Source: an uncultured Clostridia bacterium
GTDB taxonomy: Bacteria; Bacillota; Clostridia; UMGS1883
Assembly: GCA_947624455.1 (NCBI GenBank)
Contig: CANQKL010000002.1
Coordinates: 1-36,134 of the forward strand
DNA length: 36,134 nucleotides
Reading direction: 5' to 3'
The position numbers were made by a program, and so were the translations under genes. The notes under the pieces are model-generated. The model saw nothing but the letters and a program-made list of their open reading frames with translations, made no database searches and was not told where the DNA came from. Positions 1-7,603 of the stretch are shown here, piece after piece (positions within the stretch are counted from its first letter, which is position 1; the number at the start of each line of letters is the position of its first letter).

Positions 1-453
1 ACCGGCCCGGCCACCAATGAGGACGTGTTCTGGAACTGCTTTGCCCAGCTGTTTGGGGAGCGGGTCCGGGAGGACTTGCCGGTTTTCGAATCCTTTTACC
101 GGGAGGAGTTTCAGGAGGTCCGCACCGTGTGCGGCTATGACCCGGCGGCGGCCGCCGCCGTCCATCGGATCCGGGATTTGGGCCTCCGGCTGGTGCTGGC
201 CACCAACCCCATTTTTCCCGCCATTGCCACCCGCAGCCGGGTCCGCTGGGCGGGGCTGGTCCCGGAGGACTTTGAGTACATCACCACCTATGAAAATTCC
301 CACAGCAGCAAGCCCAACCTGGCCTACTACCGGGAGATCCTGGCGGAACGGGCCTTGGCGCCGGAGACGTGCCTGATGGTGGGCAACGACGTGTCCGAGG
401 ACATGGTGGCCCGGGAGCTGGGTGTGACCTACCGCATCCGGCCCTTGGAGTGA
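1..453 (+). CDS. HAD-superfamily hydrolase, 5'-partial (N-terminus upstream of window)
   Basis: Frame 1 is open from base 1 (TGPATNEDVFWNC...). HAD-like motifs: LVLATNP (motif II), SSKPNLAYY (motif III Lys), MVGNDVSEDM (motif IV acidic residues). Stop TGA at 451-453. Confidence 0.7.
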   Translation, partial: TGPATNEDVFWNCFAQLFGERVREDLPVFESFYREEFQEVRTVCGYDPAAAAAVHRIRDLGLRLVLATNPIFPAIATRSRVRWAGLVPEDFEYITTYENSHSSKPNLAYYREILAERALAPETCLMVGNDVSEDMVARELGVTYRIRPLE

Positions 454-459
454 AAGAAC

Positions 460-489
460 TTGACATTCGACTGCGTTTTGTGGTATAAT
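460..489 (+). promoter_or_regulatory. sigma-70-type promoter candidate for 597..3050
   Basis: TTGACA 460-465, 18-nt spacer, extended -10 TGgTATAAT 481-489. A second TGgTATAAT copy sits at 529-537 with a poorly spaced TTGCAA (506-511), so tandem promoters are possible. Confidence 0.45.
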
Positions 490-596
490 GTTTTTGTAGA
501 TTCCATTGCAAGCAAGGATTTTTGCTCATGGTATAATATCTATGTAAATTTGCTGCGCCGCCTAAGTTTAAGCCAGATACTCTGAGGAGTGATAAA

Positions 597-3050
597 ATGA
601 AAAAAGCTGTTTCGATCTTGCTGGCCCTAACCCTGCTTTTTGCCTGTCTGCCCGCTTTCGCGGAGGATGAGGAAGTCCTAAAGGTGACGGTCAACGGCAC
701 GGCTGTGTATTTTGCCGACGCCCTGCCCTACGACTCCGACGGCACGGTAATGGCGGCCATATCGCCTATCGCCGAAGCTATGGGCCTGAACTACAGTTGG
801 TACCCGACTCTGGAAAAGGCCGTTCTTTCCGACAACAAGCTCAGGGTGGAGCTGGTTGCCGGTCAGATAAGCGTAAAGCTCAGCGGCTCCACCTTCATTG
901 CCGATTCCCCGCTGTCCCTGGACGAATGGGACAGGCTTTACGCCAGCGTGGCGACCATCCAGCGGCTGGCTCAGTACTTCGGCTGGGAGCCGACCGTGTA
1001 CGGCAACGCTCTGCGGCTTCGCCGGGACGGGGGCTTCGCGGTGTTCGTCAACGGCGCGAGGCTGTCCTTCAACGACTTTGCTCCGGTAGTCAGGAACGGA
1101 GAGGACTATATTCCGCTCCAGGCCGCGGCCCAAGCCATGGGGCTGGACTTCGACTGGTCGAGGGAACGGCTGAGCGCGGAACTCGTCCAGGAGGAGACCG
1201 GCCGCCGCATGAACATTAACATCAGCGACGGCTTCGCCAACGGAGCCACGTCTCAGACCGAGGGCGCGCTATACGAGGACAACCGGCTCTTTGTGAGCGC
1301 GGAAAAGCTGATATCCATTGCGGAATATTTCGGCGGGACAGGCTCGTACAACCTTTACCAAAACGGCATGGCCTTTTCTGTTGGCCAGCCCTGCGCGGTC
1401 ACTGTGAACGGCATCCTCGTCGTCTTTCCCGACGTCCAACCGGCTGACGGCGGCGGCCTGCTCATCCCCGCCCGGCCCGTGTTTGAGGCAATGGGCCTAA
1501 AATTTGTCTGGGACAGGGAGGGCGAAAAGGCGGAGATCGTAAAGACCGCCCGCAAGAAAGCTATCCTGACCCCCGGCGTTCCCGAACTCGGAGAGGTCAA
1601 CGCCCGTTCGGAAAAGACCGCCACGCTTGACCGAGCGCCTGAGTTCATGGATAACAGGCTGATGATAAGTTCCCAGACACTGGCCCGGGCGGCGGACTTC
1701 TTCGACATGGATATCACCGTGAGCGGCGGTCTTATAGAGGTGACCGACCCGGAGGCCGAGGCTTATACCCCCGTCCGCGAGGCCGAGCCGGAGGAGCCTC
1801 GGGAGCAGGGGATCCGCGTGGAGCTGGACGGTCGGGAAATAAGCTTTCCCGACGTTAAGCCCTTTTCCCAGGGCGGGCGCACTCTCGTGCCTATCCGGGC
1901 CGTGGCCGAGGAAATGGGGCTTGATGTGTACTGGGACGGCGGCGACGGCGTGGAGATATATGACGGCGGCGACTACCTGGAAATGACCCTTGGCAGCGAC
2001 GTCCTGACCGGTCGGCGCGGCGGCGTCAAGGTGGAGTCGCGGCTGGACGTTCCCGCCATGTCCTACCAGGGCCGAACCTGCATACCCATAAGGGCGGTAA
2101 TGGAATTTTTCGGCGCGGCGGTGCGTTGGAACGGCGAGGCCTCGCTGGTGAGCATCGCGTCCTCCCGTGAAAGCCGGGAATCCTCTGTGCGGGAGGTCGG
2201 AAGCAAAGAGGATTTCGGCGTGGAGCTTGGCTTTACCATAAACGCGCCCCTGACCGGCAGCGACGTCAGCTTTTCCATAGTAAACGGCAACACCGCCAGA
2301 GTCGCATACAACAGCGGCGGCGCGGCCTTCGTATTCAACGCTTCCAGCGAGAGCGGCGGGGCGGCGCTAAAAAGCAGCGATTTTGACGGTCCGGTCATAA
2401 GCCAGAAGGCTTTGGTCAACGGGGTCGAAACTCAGATATACAGCGGCAGCACGGTCTTTTCCACCAAAGCCGCCTACTGGAAAATCGGCTCGTACAGCTT
2501 TAGTCTTGAAACTGAGGACGCCGTCAGCTCCTCGTTCCTGACCCTGGCCGAGGCGGCGGCCCGCACCTTCGTTATTGTGAAGGAGGTCGAACCCGAGAAC
2601 AACGGGATCAAATTTTCTCCCAATATGAGCGCGGTCACGGTGGACGGCTCCTCCTTCTTCACGGATCTCGGCATTTCCATGACCGTACCCGAGGGGGCCG
2701 AAAACATGAGCTTCAAAATATACGACGGCGTTATAGCTGAAATAACCTTTACCTTCGAGGATTACGACTACGTCCTGCGGGCGGCGGTAAATGGCGGCGA
2801 CCTGTGGGACATGGGCGACGGGGCCAGCTTTACGGCGGAGAATTTCCAGGTGTCGGGCCTTTACGGCATGGGCATAGCCATGGTAACGATAAATTTGTTT
2901 CCTGATGTTGGCAGGGCCGCCTCATGGAGCTGGGGAGACGTAAAATTTTTCCTGAGCTGTCATGACGCGGATATCCCGTCGGCCGTTTTCCGCCAGGTCT
3001 GCGAGGACTGCGGCGAGATGAGTTCGAAAACTCTGACGCTGGGACTGTAA
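597..3050 (+). CDS. secreted protein with four CAO_N-like repeats and a C-terminal tandem DUF4367-like region
   Basis: ATG 597 lies 7 nt after GAGGAG (584-589). Signal peptide MKKAVSILLALTLLFACLPAFA. Four repeats of the pattern VxVNGxxxxF...P(I/L)RxxxExxGxxxxW: VTVNGTAVYF..PIAEAMGLNYSW; VFVNGARLSF..PLQAAAQAMGLDFDW; VTVNGILVVF..PARPVFEAMGLKFVW; VELDGREISF..PIRAVAEEMGLDVYW plus PIRAVMEFFGAAVRW. The C-terminal ~270 aa holds two similar modules (AAYWKIGSYSFSLETEDAVSSSFLTLAEAA and AASWSWGDVKFFLSCHDADIPSAVFRQVCE). Confidence 0.75.
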   Translation: MKKAVSILLALTLLFACLPAFAEDEEVLKVTVNGTAVYFADALPYDSDGTVMAAISPIAEAMGLNYSWYPTLEKAVLSDNKLRVELVAGQISVKLSGSTFIADSPLSLDEWDRLYASVATIQRLAQYFGWEPTVYGNALRLRRDGGFAVFVNGARLSFNDFAPVVRNGEDYIPLQAAAQAMGLDFDWSRERLSAELVQEETGRRMNINISDGFANGATSQTEGALYEDNRLFVSAEKLISIAEYFGGTGSYNLYQNGMAFSVGQPCAVTVNGILVVFPDVQPADGGGLLIPARPVFEAMGLKFVWDREGEKAEIVKTARKKAILTPGVPELGEVNARSEKTATLDRAPEFMDNRLMISSQTLARAADFFDMDITVSGGLIEVTDPEAEAYTPVREAEPEEPREQGIRVELDGREISFPDVKPFSQGGRTLVPIRAVAEEMGLDVYWDGGDGVEIYDGGDYLEMTLGSDVLTGRRGGVKVESRLDVPAMSYQGRTCIPIRAVMEFFGAAVRWNGEASLVSIASSRESRESSVREVGSKEDFGVELGFTINAPLTGSDVSFSIVNGNTARVAYNSGGAAFVFNASSESGGAALKSSDFDGPVISQKALVNGVETQIYSGSTVFSTKAAYWKIGSYSFSLETEDAVSSSFLTLAEAAARTFVIVKEVEPENNGIKFSPNMSAVTVDGSSFFTDLGISMTVPEGAENMSFKIYDGVIAEITFTFEDYDYVLRAAVNGGDLWDMGDGASFTAENFQVSGLYGMGIAMVTINLFPDVGRAASWSWGDVKFFLSCHDADIPSAVFRQVCEDCGEMSSKTLTLGL

Positions 3051-3100
3051 AAAACGGGGGTGGGGGAACGGCGGCATTGCAAAATGTTTGCTCCTCCTTT

Positions 3101-3140
3101 CCCACAAGCAACTTCGTTGCTTGTGGGGGCCATTGTTTTC
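3101..3140 (+). terminator. Rho-independent terminator candidate after 597..3050
   Basis: Perfect 12-bp stem CCCACAAGCAAC (3101-3112) / GTTGCTTGTGGG (3117-3128) with loop TTCG, followed by a T-containing tail (ggccattgttttc). Confidence 0.6.
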
Positions 3141-3196
3141 CCGCGAAACCCTTTAAATTTGTGTCCAGCGTCACGCTGGCGGGCGCTTTCGCTTAC

Positions 3197-3220
3197 GAAA
3201 AATCAATAAATTGATTTTTC
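3197..3220. repeat. perfect 11-bp AT-rich inverted repeat (candidate operator or hairpin)
   Basis: GAAAAATCAAT (3197-3207), AA, ATTGATTTTTC (3210-3220). The arms are exact reverse complements. Confidence 0.8.
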
Positions 3221-3233
3221 TACCCCGATTATG

Positions 3234-3275
3234 ATATACAATCCCGGGTACACGCCCCGGGATTGTATATTTTTT
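3234..3275 (+). terminator. strong hairpin plus T-run with no obvious upstream gene
   Basis: 15-bp perfect stem ATATACAATCCCGGG (3234-3248) / CCCGGGATTGTATAT (3256-3270), loop TACACGC, then TTTTT (3271-3275). Confidence 0.5.
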
Positions 3276-3324
3276 ATCGTTCTTTTTAAAATAATTTGTT
3301 CTTCGGCGCAGCAATACGCCGGTC

Positions 3325-3350
3325 TGAAACGTATTATTGGTGTATCGATA
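3325..3350 (+). promoter_or_regulatory. ECF-type (autoregulatory) promoter candidate
   Basis: TGAAAC (3325-3330), 15 nt, CGATA (3346-3350), about 27 nt upstream of the GTG start at 3377. It resembles the TGAAAC-N16-CGTA class of ECF promoters but is not an exact match. Confidence 0.3.
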
Positions 3351-3376
3351 CAAAAAGCGCACAGGAGGCGACCGAT

Positions 3377-3865
3377 GTGAACGACGAGGATCGCGAATAC
3401 TTTTCCGCCGTCTATGACAAATACGCGGACACAGTGTACCGGCTGGGGCTGGTGTGGCTGAACAACAGGGCCGACGCCGAGGATCTGACCGCCGATCTGT
3501 TTGTGAAGCTGATGAGCCGGCCCCGGCGGGGCTTTGAAAGCGGCGAACACGAAAAGGCCTTTGTCATCCGCTCGGCCATAAACCTCTGCAAAGACAGGCT
3601 CCGGCGGAGGAAATTCCGGCAGGAAAGCTATGACGACGTTCTCGGATATATGAGTACTCCGGAGGAGATCGGGCTGATGGAAGAGATCCTCGCCCTGCCG
3701 CCCAAATACCGGGCGGTCATATATCTCCACCACTGTCAGGGCTACTCCACCGCCGAGGTGGCAAGGCTGCTGGGGCTTAGGGAAAGCACCGTCCGCTCAC
3801 AGCTCGCCCGGGGACGGGAAAAGCTTAGAACCCAGCTCAACGAGGGAGGTTTTAACTGTGTATAA
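3377..3865 (+). CDS. ECF-family RNA polymerase sigma-70 factor
   Basis: GTG 3377 lies 7 nt after AGGAGG (3364-3369); the ORF-track start at 3296 has no RBS. Region 2-like DAEDLTADLFVKL. Region 4 HTH YRAVIYLHHCQGYSTAEVARLLGLRESTVRSQLARGREKLR. Confidence 0.85.
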   Translation: MNDEDREYFSAVYDKYADTVYRLGLVWLNNRADAEDLTADLFVKLMSRPRRGFESGEHEKAFVIRSAINLCKDRLRRRKFRQESYDDVLGYMSTPEEIGLMEEILALPPKYRAVIYLHHCQGYSTAEVARLLGLRESTVRSQLARGREKLRTQLNEGGFNCV

Positions 3866-4742
3866 TAATCTGTTTGACAAAATAAAACCGGAGGAGTCCC
3901 TCCGGCGGAAAATCGAGGAAAGGATCGATGCTAACATGAAAACAAAAAAGAGTTTCCCCATTAAAATTACGGTTCTGGCGGCCTGTTTAGTCCTGGCCCT
4001 GTCGGCGGGGGCTTTAGCGGCCTACCGTTTTCTCTCCGCCGGTCAGGCGGCCAGGGAGCTGGGCGACAACAAACTGGCAGTCAGCTTTGAGGACGGGCAG
4101 GCCATGGACGCTGCCGCTCAAGAGGATCCCTACCGCGCCACTCTTTTGGGAGTTTGCAGCGGCGAAAACCTCAGCGACTTTGGGCAAACGGGCGAGGACA
4201 TATTCCCTGAACGCACCTATGCGGTGATGGCGATTGAGCGCACCGATGGGCGGGAAATGACCCTCGACGACGGCATAACGGTTTCGCCGCTTATCCAGGG
4301 TCTCGACCCTATGCGCTACAACATCTTTTCTCTTGAAGGCAGCATGACGGGCAAAATAATCGACGGGACGCTGTACCGCATTGTGGAGTGCGACAGCATC
4401 GAGTGTTTGGCCGACCGGCAGATTTATCTGGCCGTTTACGACGGATTGGCCCCCAACAGCGCATACTCCATGGACGCGGACACCGGCGAAATAAGTCCCA
4501 AGGCTGATTATGACGGGGTAAATATGCTGCTGGAGCTGAACCTTGACCCCGAAAAAGCCGACCCTGTCAAGGCCCAGGCCCTTATAGACAGAGTGGAGGA
4601 GCGAATGGGCGGGGAAGCCTACGACGAGACCGACGAAGCTCCGAAGCTTACGGCGAAGGGAGAAGATGAAAAAATCATCCTCACCGAGACCGGCAGCGAG
4701 GATGAAAAGAACTTTATAGTCGAATATCAAAACAACAAGTAA
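3858..4742 (+). CDS. single-pass membrane protein, putative atypical anti-sigma factor
   Basis: GTG 3858 lies 8 nt after GGAGG and overlaps the sigma gene stop (3863-3865) by 8 nt. A ~30-aa cytoplasmic N-terminus is followed by one TM helix (ITVLAACLVLALSAGALAAY) and a ~235-aa extracytoplasmic domain with an acidic tail. No HxxxCxxC zinc motif. Confidence 0.5.
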   Translation: MYNNLFDKIKPEESLRRKIEERIDANMKTKKSFPIKITVLAACLVLALSAGALAAYRFLSAGQAARELGDNKLAVSFEDGQAMDAAAQEDPYRATLLGVCSGENLSDFGQTGEDIFPERTYAVMAIERTDGREMTLDDGITVSPLIQGLDPMRYNIFSLEGSMTGKIIDGTLYRIVECDSIECLADRQIYLAVYDGLAPNSAYSMDADTGEISPKADYDGVNMLLELNLDPEKADPVKAQALIDRVEERMGGEAYDETDEAPKLTAKGEDEKIILTETGSEDEKNFIVEYQNNK

Positions 4743-4760
4743 TTGTCCAAAGATACCTAA

Positions 4761-4787
4761 GTGGAACCCGCACCGGGTTCCACTTTT
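4761..4787. terminator. bidirectional terminator between convergent genes
   Basis: GTGGAACCCG (4761-4770), loop CAC, CGGGTTCCAC (4774-4783), then TTTT. It sits between the + strand gene ending at 4742 and the - strand gene ending at 4801. Confidence 0.7.
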
Positions 4788-4800
4788 AACATAAAAATGA

Positions 4801-6063
4801 TTAAAATTCTATACTTATTCCCAGCAAAGCCGCCGTGTTGGGGTTGACGCTCACCGTCAGCTCATCGGCGGAAAGGCTTTCCACAGGCATCGCGCCCAGA
4901 CTGGCAACCTCGCCCTTTAGATAGCGGACGGCCATCCGACCGGCCCGATAGCCTAAGTTGTAATAGTTCACCGTTGCGGATACAAGGGCTCCCCGCTCAA
5001 CAAGACTTTCATTAAAGGCCATAGTCGGTATTTTGGCGGCATTGGCTGCGGCTATCATTTCCTCGGTCGCGCCCGCAAAGTATATGGCTCTCCCCTCGCC
5101 CGCGCAGGCCCTTACCTGGGCCGCGCCGTCGGCGGACGCAGCAACTATGTCGGACTCAAGTCCCGCGGCTTTGGCAGCGTTGGAAACCGCCTCGGCCAAA
5201 CGGTCAAGTTGCATATCTCCGTCGCAGATCACCGTCACGGCTTTAAGGCCGGGAACCATATTCTTGAGAGTCTCTATCTCACCGGCTGGGTCGGCCACAT
5301 CCTTCACGCCGGACACATTGCCGCCGGGAGCGGCCTCCGAAGCCACTAACCCCGCCTCCACAGGCTGACTGACAGCTCCGAACAGCACGGGCTGACCGGA
5401 ATAATTTGCCGCCGTGACCGCCGCCGTGCCAAGGGCAAAGACCAGGTCCTTGCCGTCGTCCTTAAAGTTCTGAGCAATGCTGGCGCAGACTGAGCCGTTG
5501 CCGTAGCCGCATTTTTCCTCGATATACACCTTCAGCCCGCTGTCCTTCAAAGCGTCGGCAAAGCCGATACTGGCCTGGTCGAGGGCGGGATGATCGGCGG
5601 CGCTGATAACGCCTATCTTAACGGTGTCAGCGTCGTTGATGATAACCGAGTTACTGTCGCCGTCCCACTCCACATCGCAGCCGAAAGCCTCGCTGAGGGC
5701 GCGAACCGGCACAAGGGTGCGGCCGTTGATGGCCTGGGGTACAACGTCGAACTGACCGGAAGCGGCGACCGCGCCGCCAACGCGCTTTTCATAGCGGTCA
5801 TTTCCCAGCCAGCAGACCACCTGCTCGCCGCCCTTGTCGATAGTCACCTGCTGACTGGCGGCCTCGTAGCTCACCTGACAGCCCATCGCCTCGAACACGG
5901 CGCGGATGGGTACAAGTGTGCGGCCGTCCAACGCCACCGGCGGCTGGTCGAAGTACACCGCGTCCCCGTTCACCGTGACGCCTATATCCGCCGCCTCCGC
6001 CGCTGCCGCGCTCAGTCCCACAAGGGCGGCCAGAGCTATTGATACAAGCTTTATCTTTTTCAT
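4801..6063 (-). CDS. secreted fusion: two CAO_N-like repeats plus an ABC_sub_bind-type (PF04392-like) substrate-binding domain
   Basis: ATG 6063 lies 8 nt after GGGGAG; the track start 6069 is a GTG only 2 nt from the RBS. Signal peptide MKKIKLVSIALAALVGLSAAAAEA. Repeats VTVNGDAVYF..PIRAVFEAMGCQVSY and GQFDVVPQAINGRTLVPVRALSEAFGCDVEW. The remainder (KIGVISAADHPALDQASIGFADALKDSG...) looks like a type-I periplasmic binding fold of the ABC_sub_bind family. Confidence 0.75.
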   Translation of the reverse strand: MKKIKLVSIALAALVGLSAAAAEAADIGVTVNGDAVYFDQPPVALDGRTLVPIRAVFEAMGCQVSYEAASQQVTIDKGGEQVVCWLGNDRYEKRVGGAVAASGQFDVVPQAINGRTLVPVRALSEAFGCDVEWDGDSNSVIINDADTVKIGVISAADHPALDQASIGFADALKDSGLKVYIEEKCGYGNGSVCASIAQNFKDDGKDLVFALGTAAVTAANYSGQPVLFGAVSQPVEAGLVASEAAPGGNVSGVKDVADPAGEIETLKNMVPGLKAVTVICDGDMQLDRLAEAVSNAAKAAGLESDIVAASADGAAQVRACAGEGRAIYFAGATEEMIAAANAAKIPTMAFNESLVERGALVSATVNYYNLGYRAGRMAVRYLKGEVASLGAMPVESLSADELTVSVNPNTAALLGISIEF

Positions 6064-6092
6064 TTTCACAACTCCCCGTACTTTTTTCTTTT

Positions 6093-6121
6093 ATTATACA
6101 ACATAACTCACGATTTTGCAA
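6093..6121 (-). promoter_or_regulatory. sigma-70-type promoter candidate for 4801..6063
   Basis: On the minus strand: TTGCAA (6121-6116), 17-nt spacer, TATAAT (6098-6093). Confidence 0.5.
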
Positions 6122-6124
6122 TAG

Positions 6125-6170
6125 CAAAAACAAAAAAACTGTCCCCGCCAAGAGCTCCGGCTGGAACAGT
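6125..6170 (-). terminator. Rho-independent terminator of the decarboxylase operon
   Basis: Imperfect 12-bp stem (6138-6149 / 6159-6170, two mismatches). On the minus strand it is followed by TTTTTTTGTTTTTG (plus-strand A-run 6125-6137). Confidence 0.6.
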
Positions 6171-6187
6171 TTTTGTTATAGGGTTCT

Positions 6188-7588
6188 TTAGATGGGGTGT
6201 ACCTTGTCGGCCTTATCCGCCAGCTCGGCGTCCACCTTATACTTGCCCGCCTGACGGAACTGGAAGTACTTTACGGCCACCTGACCGAAGAGAGCGTAGC
6301 TGAGAACGTCCTCCTCCTGCTCGATGTACTCCTTTATCTCGCCGCGGAACTTGTCAAGCTCATTGGGGATGCTGTCGGCGGGACGGCCAGCGATCTGCTT
6401 TTCGTTGCCGATGATCTTTTTGACGAACTCGGGCTTGATGGGTACGGGAGTCTTGCCGTACTCGCCCTTTACCAGGCCCCGGAACTCCTTAGTGACATTC
6501 TTGTAGCGTTCGCCCAGAACCACGTTGAACACGGCCTGAGAGCCGACTATCTGGCTGGTGGGGGTAACAAGCGGAGGATATCCGGCGTCCTCACGGACGC
6601 GGGGAACCTCCTTGAGTACCTCCTGGAACTTATCCTCGGCCCCAAGCTGCTTGAGCTGGGAAAGCAGATTGCTGAGCATACCGCCGGGAACCTGATACTT
6701 GAGGGTGTTAACGTCCACAGCCAAGGACTTGGGGTTGAGCAGGCCGTCCTTAATGTACTTCTCGCGAAGGGGACGGAAATAGTCGGCCAGATCGCTGAGC
6801 AGGTTAAGGTCATAGCCCGTGTCGTACTCGGTACCCTTGAGAGTGGCCACAAGGGACTCCGTGGGAGGCTGAGAGGTACCCATTGCCAAAGGCGACAGAG
6901 CGCAGTCCACAATGTCCACGCCCGCCTCGATGGCCTTTAGGTAGGTCATGGAAGCCATACCGCTGGTGTAGTGGGTATGCAGCTCGATAGGTATTTTTAC
7001 GGCCTTTTTCATCTCGGACACCAGGTCATAGGCGTTGTAGGGGGTCAGCAGACCGGCCATGTCCTTGATGCAGATGGAATTCGCGCCCATATCCTCAAGC
7101 TGCTTCGCCAGCTTAACGAAGGACTCGTTGTTGTGGACGGGGCTGATGGTGTAGGAAATGGCGGCCTGAACGTGGCCCTTTTCCTTGATAGCGGCGTTGA
7201 TGGCCGTTTTGAGATTGCGAACGTCGTTGAGAGCGTCGAAAATACGGATTATGTCAATGCCGTTGGCGATGGACTTCTGAACGAAGTACTCCACCACGTC
7301 GTCGGCATAGTGGCGGTAGCCCAGGATGTTCTGGCCCCGGAACAGCATTTGGAGCGGGGTCTTTTTGGCCTTGGCCTTTATCTTCCTCAGCCGCTCCCAG
7401 GGATCCTCGTTCAGGAACCGAAGGCAGCTGTCAAAGGTGGCGCCGCCCCAGGCCTCCAGGGCGTTATAGCCCACGTTGTCCAGCATTTCCACCGCGCCCA
7501 GGATCTCGTCGGTGGTCATGCGGGTGGCGATAAGGGACTGGTGGGCGTCGCGCAAAATTGTTTCAGTTATTTTAACAGGTTTTGCCAT
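6188..7588 (-). CDS. 5S/OadA-type carboxyltransferase subunit (oxaloacetate decarboxylase alpha or transcarboxylase 5S-like) without a biotinyl domain
   Basis: ATG 7588 follows AAGGAGGA. N-terminus ITETILRDAHQSLIATRMTT is typical of the HMGL-like/PYC_OADA carboxyltransferase family. The 466-aa protein ends ...DKADKVHPI with no AMKM biotinylation motif. Confidence 0.9.
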   Translation of the reverse strand: MAKPVKITETILRDAHQSLIATRMTTDEILGAVEMLDNVGYNALEAWGGATFDSCLRFLNEDPWERLRKIKAKAKKTPLQMLFRGQNILGYRHYADDVVEYFVQKSIANGIDIIRIFDALNDVRNLKTAINAAIKEKGHVQAAISYTISPVHNNESFVKLAKQLEDMGANSICIKDMAGLLTPYNAYDLVSEMKKAVKIPIELHTHYTSGMASMTYLKAIEAGVDIVDCALSPLAMGTSQPPTESLVATLKGTEYDTGYDLNLLSDLADYFRPLREKYIKDGLLNPKSLAVDVNTLKYQVPGGMLSNLLSQLKQLGAEDKFQEVLKEVPRVREDAGYPPLVTPTSQIVGSQAVFNVVLGERYKNVTKEFRGLVKGEYGKTPVPIKPEFVKKIIGNEKQIAGRPADSIPNELDKFRGEIKEYIEQEEDVLSYALFGQVAVKYFQFRQAGKYKVDAELADKADKVHPI

Positions 7589-7603
7589 AGTAATTTCCTC
7601 CTT

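Noticed and set aside
400-453. Possible 3' truncation of the HAD hydrolase: only ~17 aa follow the GNDVSED motif, and I recall homologues continuing for ~40-50 aa.
   Set aside because: This rests only on memory of homologue length. The remaining residues (LGVTYRIRP) could still form the last beta-strand, and no remnant of a longer frame is visible downstream.
3171-3733. Minus-strand ORFs of 63 aa and 176 aa across the spacer and the sigma gene.
   Set aside because: The 63-aa ORF runs through three hairpins or terminators and is just basic low-complexity sequence. The 176-aa ORF is antisense to the ECF sigma gene, which has clear region 2 and region 4 motifs.
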